A stretch of 64,000 bases of DNA, taken from the IMG/VR virus record IMGVR_UViG_3300042934_000980, positions 156,496 through 220,495 of that record; one strand, given 5' to 3'. Positions 63,301 to 64,000 of the stretch are shown here, in pieces. Each line of letters begins with the position of its first letter. The first letter of the stretch is position 1. A program made the position numbers and the translations under genes. The notes under the pieces are model-generated. The model had not been told where the DNA came from. It searched no databases and worked only from the letters and a program-made list of their open reading frames with translations.

Positions 63301-63959
63301 TGCGCGGCAGTCAGACCGTGAGCGTTGTAGGCGTTTTCATGGTTGCTCAGGTAGGAGCGCAACATGTCGCCAAACACTTGGGTGTAGTTCTTGATCAGGT
63401 TGTAGTAGTGCTCAACCCGCAACTGGATCCAGTCCCGCTGGTGGTTTTGTACGTAATCGATCAGGTGCCCGAAGAACTCGATCATGTCTTGGAAAGCCAC
63501 AATGTCGTACAAGATACTGTGGCTGTGCAAGGTGGGTGGGAAGACAGTGGGTTTACCCTGCAAGTATTCCCAGTAGACCGGGCGGTCGTCGTTCATGGCG
63601 TTGGCGATCAACTGGAGCAAGGCGTTGTCGATCACCGAAAACTCACCCGCGGTCTTGTAGTAGAACTTACCGGTGGTGATGTTGGGGTCCAGCAATTCGA
63701 TCATGCACGCCATAGGTGCGGCGGTAAGGTTACTCAACCGACCCATGTGCTGGAAGATTCTCCAGTGTTTACCAAAGATCAAAGGTTCGCCGGTGAGGGT
63801 GGTAAGCCTTAAGCTTTCTACAAAGAACGGTGCATGCCGTGGCACCACAACCCGGCTGAACAAACCGGCTTCGACCGAGAACGGTTCATTGTCGATTGCG
63901 TTCTCAAGGTTGGTGCCTTCGATGTCGGTTTTGTACTCTTTGACGATTGGGAATTGCAT
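60399..63959 (-). CDS. large tail-fibre/baseplate structural protein
   Basis: 1186 aa; NAHGLTAAQV..VDNFATAT, FIPPSIDGSFEGLG; same architecture as 56771..60328. Confidence 0.85.
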   Translation of the reverse strand: MQFPIVKEYKTDIEGTNLENAIDNEPFSVEAGLFSRVVVPRHAPFFVESLRLTTLTGEPLIFGKHWRIFQHMGRLSNLTAAPMACMIELLDPNITTGKFYYKTAGEFSVIDNALLQLIANAMNDDRPVYWEYLQGKPTVFPPTLHSHSILYDIVAFQDMIEFFGHLIDYVQNHQRDWIQLRVEHYYNLIKNYTQVFGDMLRSYLSNHENAYNAHGLTAAQVLLEKVDNFATATPAQALQPRKDMHLTPSGLKSIVETYGYTPGDYLENGVLPMSQFGNTNFIPPSIDGSFEGLGSKAETCAFALENDGSVVIVGNRLDGRNNGLYFSVLKDYTTNNPKQMYSAYRYNHQKFIQDGANVDMVVNGSNGEAMLVADSAKQLFYIGVTNGTMNPAKHVYSQIDLNPLLQAVYSDWQTRKMSDWLYTCSIAKIGDWVYIFFAHSRPNPTDTSEEVFYSLTYRHVFRVSFSGIKNLVKMTPQPVSLSFTDLDNNSWNNTNVWRWGTRVMLPGGSAGMTKKLLFNFEPYEDQHARINYSQCTLATPNPNKPGFFALKFLSYYYCGDVASGKYTYAFLEVCYEFNPDTNVMTKISQTTLPTINWADQYPRNNYLTGPWDILVTGDAKVGLVCLDDMRCLSSGCLKTGGFPWYTKILKPAGVINKYDFFTRVWQNTGYEVSVAPYEGVVPPTANNVAPRPPMTFPTAEVFLSNRGDNSDALGFYLRNITGKYAAQSNVSNLFISDLWSRRLTNDIRLLKAPTHLGGATVSVPSAQLDAYGIETALSSWCMAPQRRYADRNTMGDAWTPAVGLDDVLLIDTHTFRLDADGAATLVPGHEILYPATIVNQLKQQVENLASMQSSAKVWVTICDPNGQLTNRFGWLPVVVMITYAERANFSRRQTTLTITPTYSAQGARSVVTGFTVLDKTHFLFEGSASGQLNNGWADGWVTGNSEGPDVRYNRGAQHCYYYLNGNALDIWFDPAVQSGAYSNVVGMGISLRYDNRNTQRWTTAEWRSTQVNVPPYAVTPDNGITQTYAYEESTGGAGIIARKAGSGHNVLLASVYPEVGWVIFFQTAIQAVFRGKTFTIPNGLVDLRDIDSAPGNKTFYVYAVLRDGKAVYEVTTQKRLESDYQLWVATAVTNATQIVSVDRFNVLALDGHRISEVKRGNSIPASSGLVAEEGQIPWIYSRELLP

Positions 63960-64000
63960 AACCCGACCTCTTAGTTAATGTTGAGCGTACCGGCGGCTTG

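Noticed and set aside
22120-64000. Introns, inteins or homing endonucleases in groEL, ligA, rnhA or sbcC
   Set aside because: All four are continuous and of normal length, with no HNH, GIY-YIG, LAGLIDADG or intein splice motifs

Overview
This window is a 64-kb segment of a phiKZ-related (Chimalliviridae-type) jumbo myophage, most like Pseudomonas phage EL. The assignment rests on four things: an EL gp146-type GroEL-like chaperonin with no GroES; a phiKZ gp164/gp165-like divergent pair (tail spike plus SbcC/Rad50-like ATPase); RNase HI and an NAD-dependent ligase; and repeated TATATTAC early-promoter motifs. Genes are dense and mostly on the minus strand. A plus-strand structural block (5946-14154) encodes fibre and receptor-binding proteins, and three very large fibre/baseplate paralogs close the window. 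The accessory regions hold a probable PL7 alginate lyase and HD, DHH and Acb1-like 2H phosphoesterases. They also hold a tandem pair of minimal nucleotidyltransferases (one apparently degenerate), an N-terminal-Thr protease flanked by two Cys/His paralogs, and a GNAT. Less familiar items are a five-member EPSxF-WxxW paralog array, a beta-helix paralog pair, and a membrane protein carrying copies of the tail-fibre repeat. I found no rRNA, tRNA, CRISPR array, integrase or transposase. All functional calls come from motifs read by eye; no database search was run.
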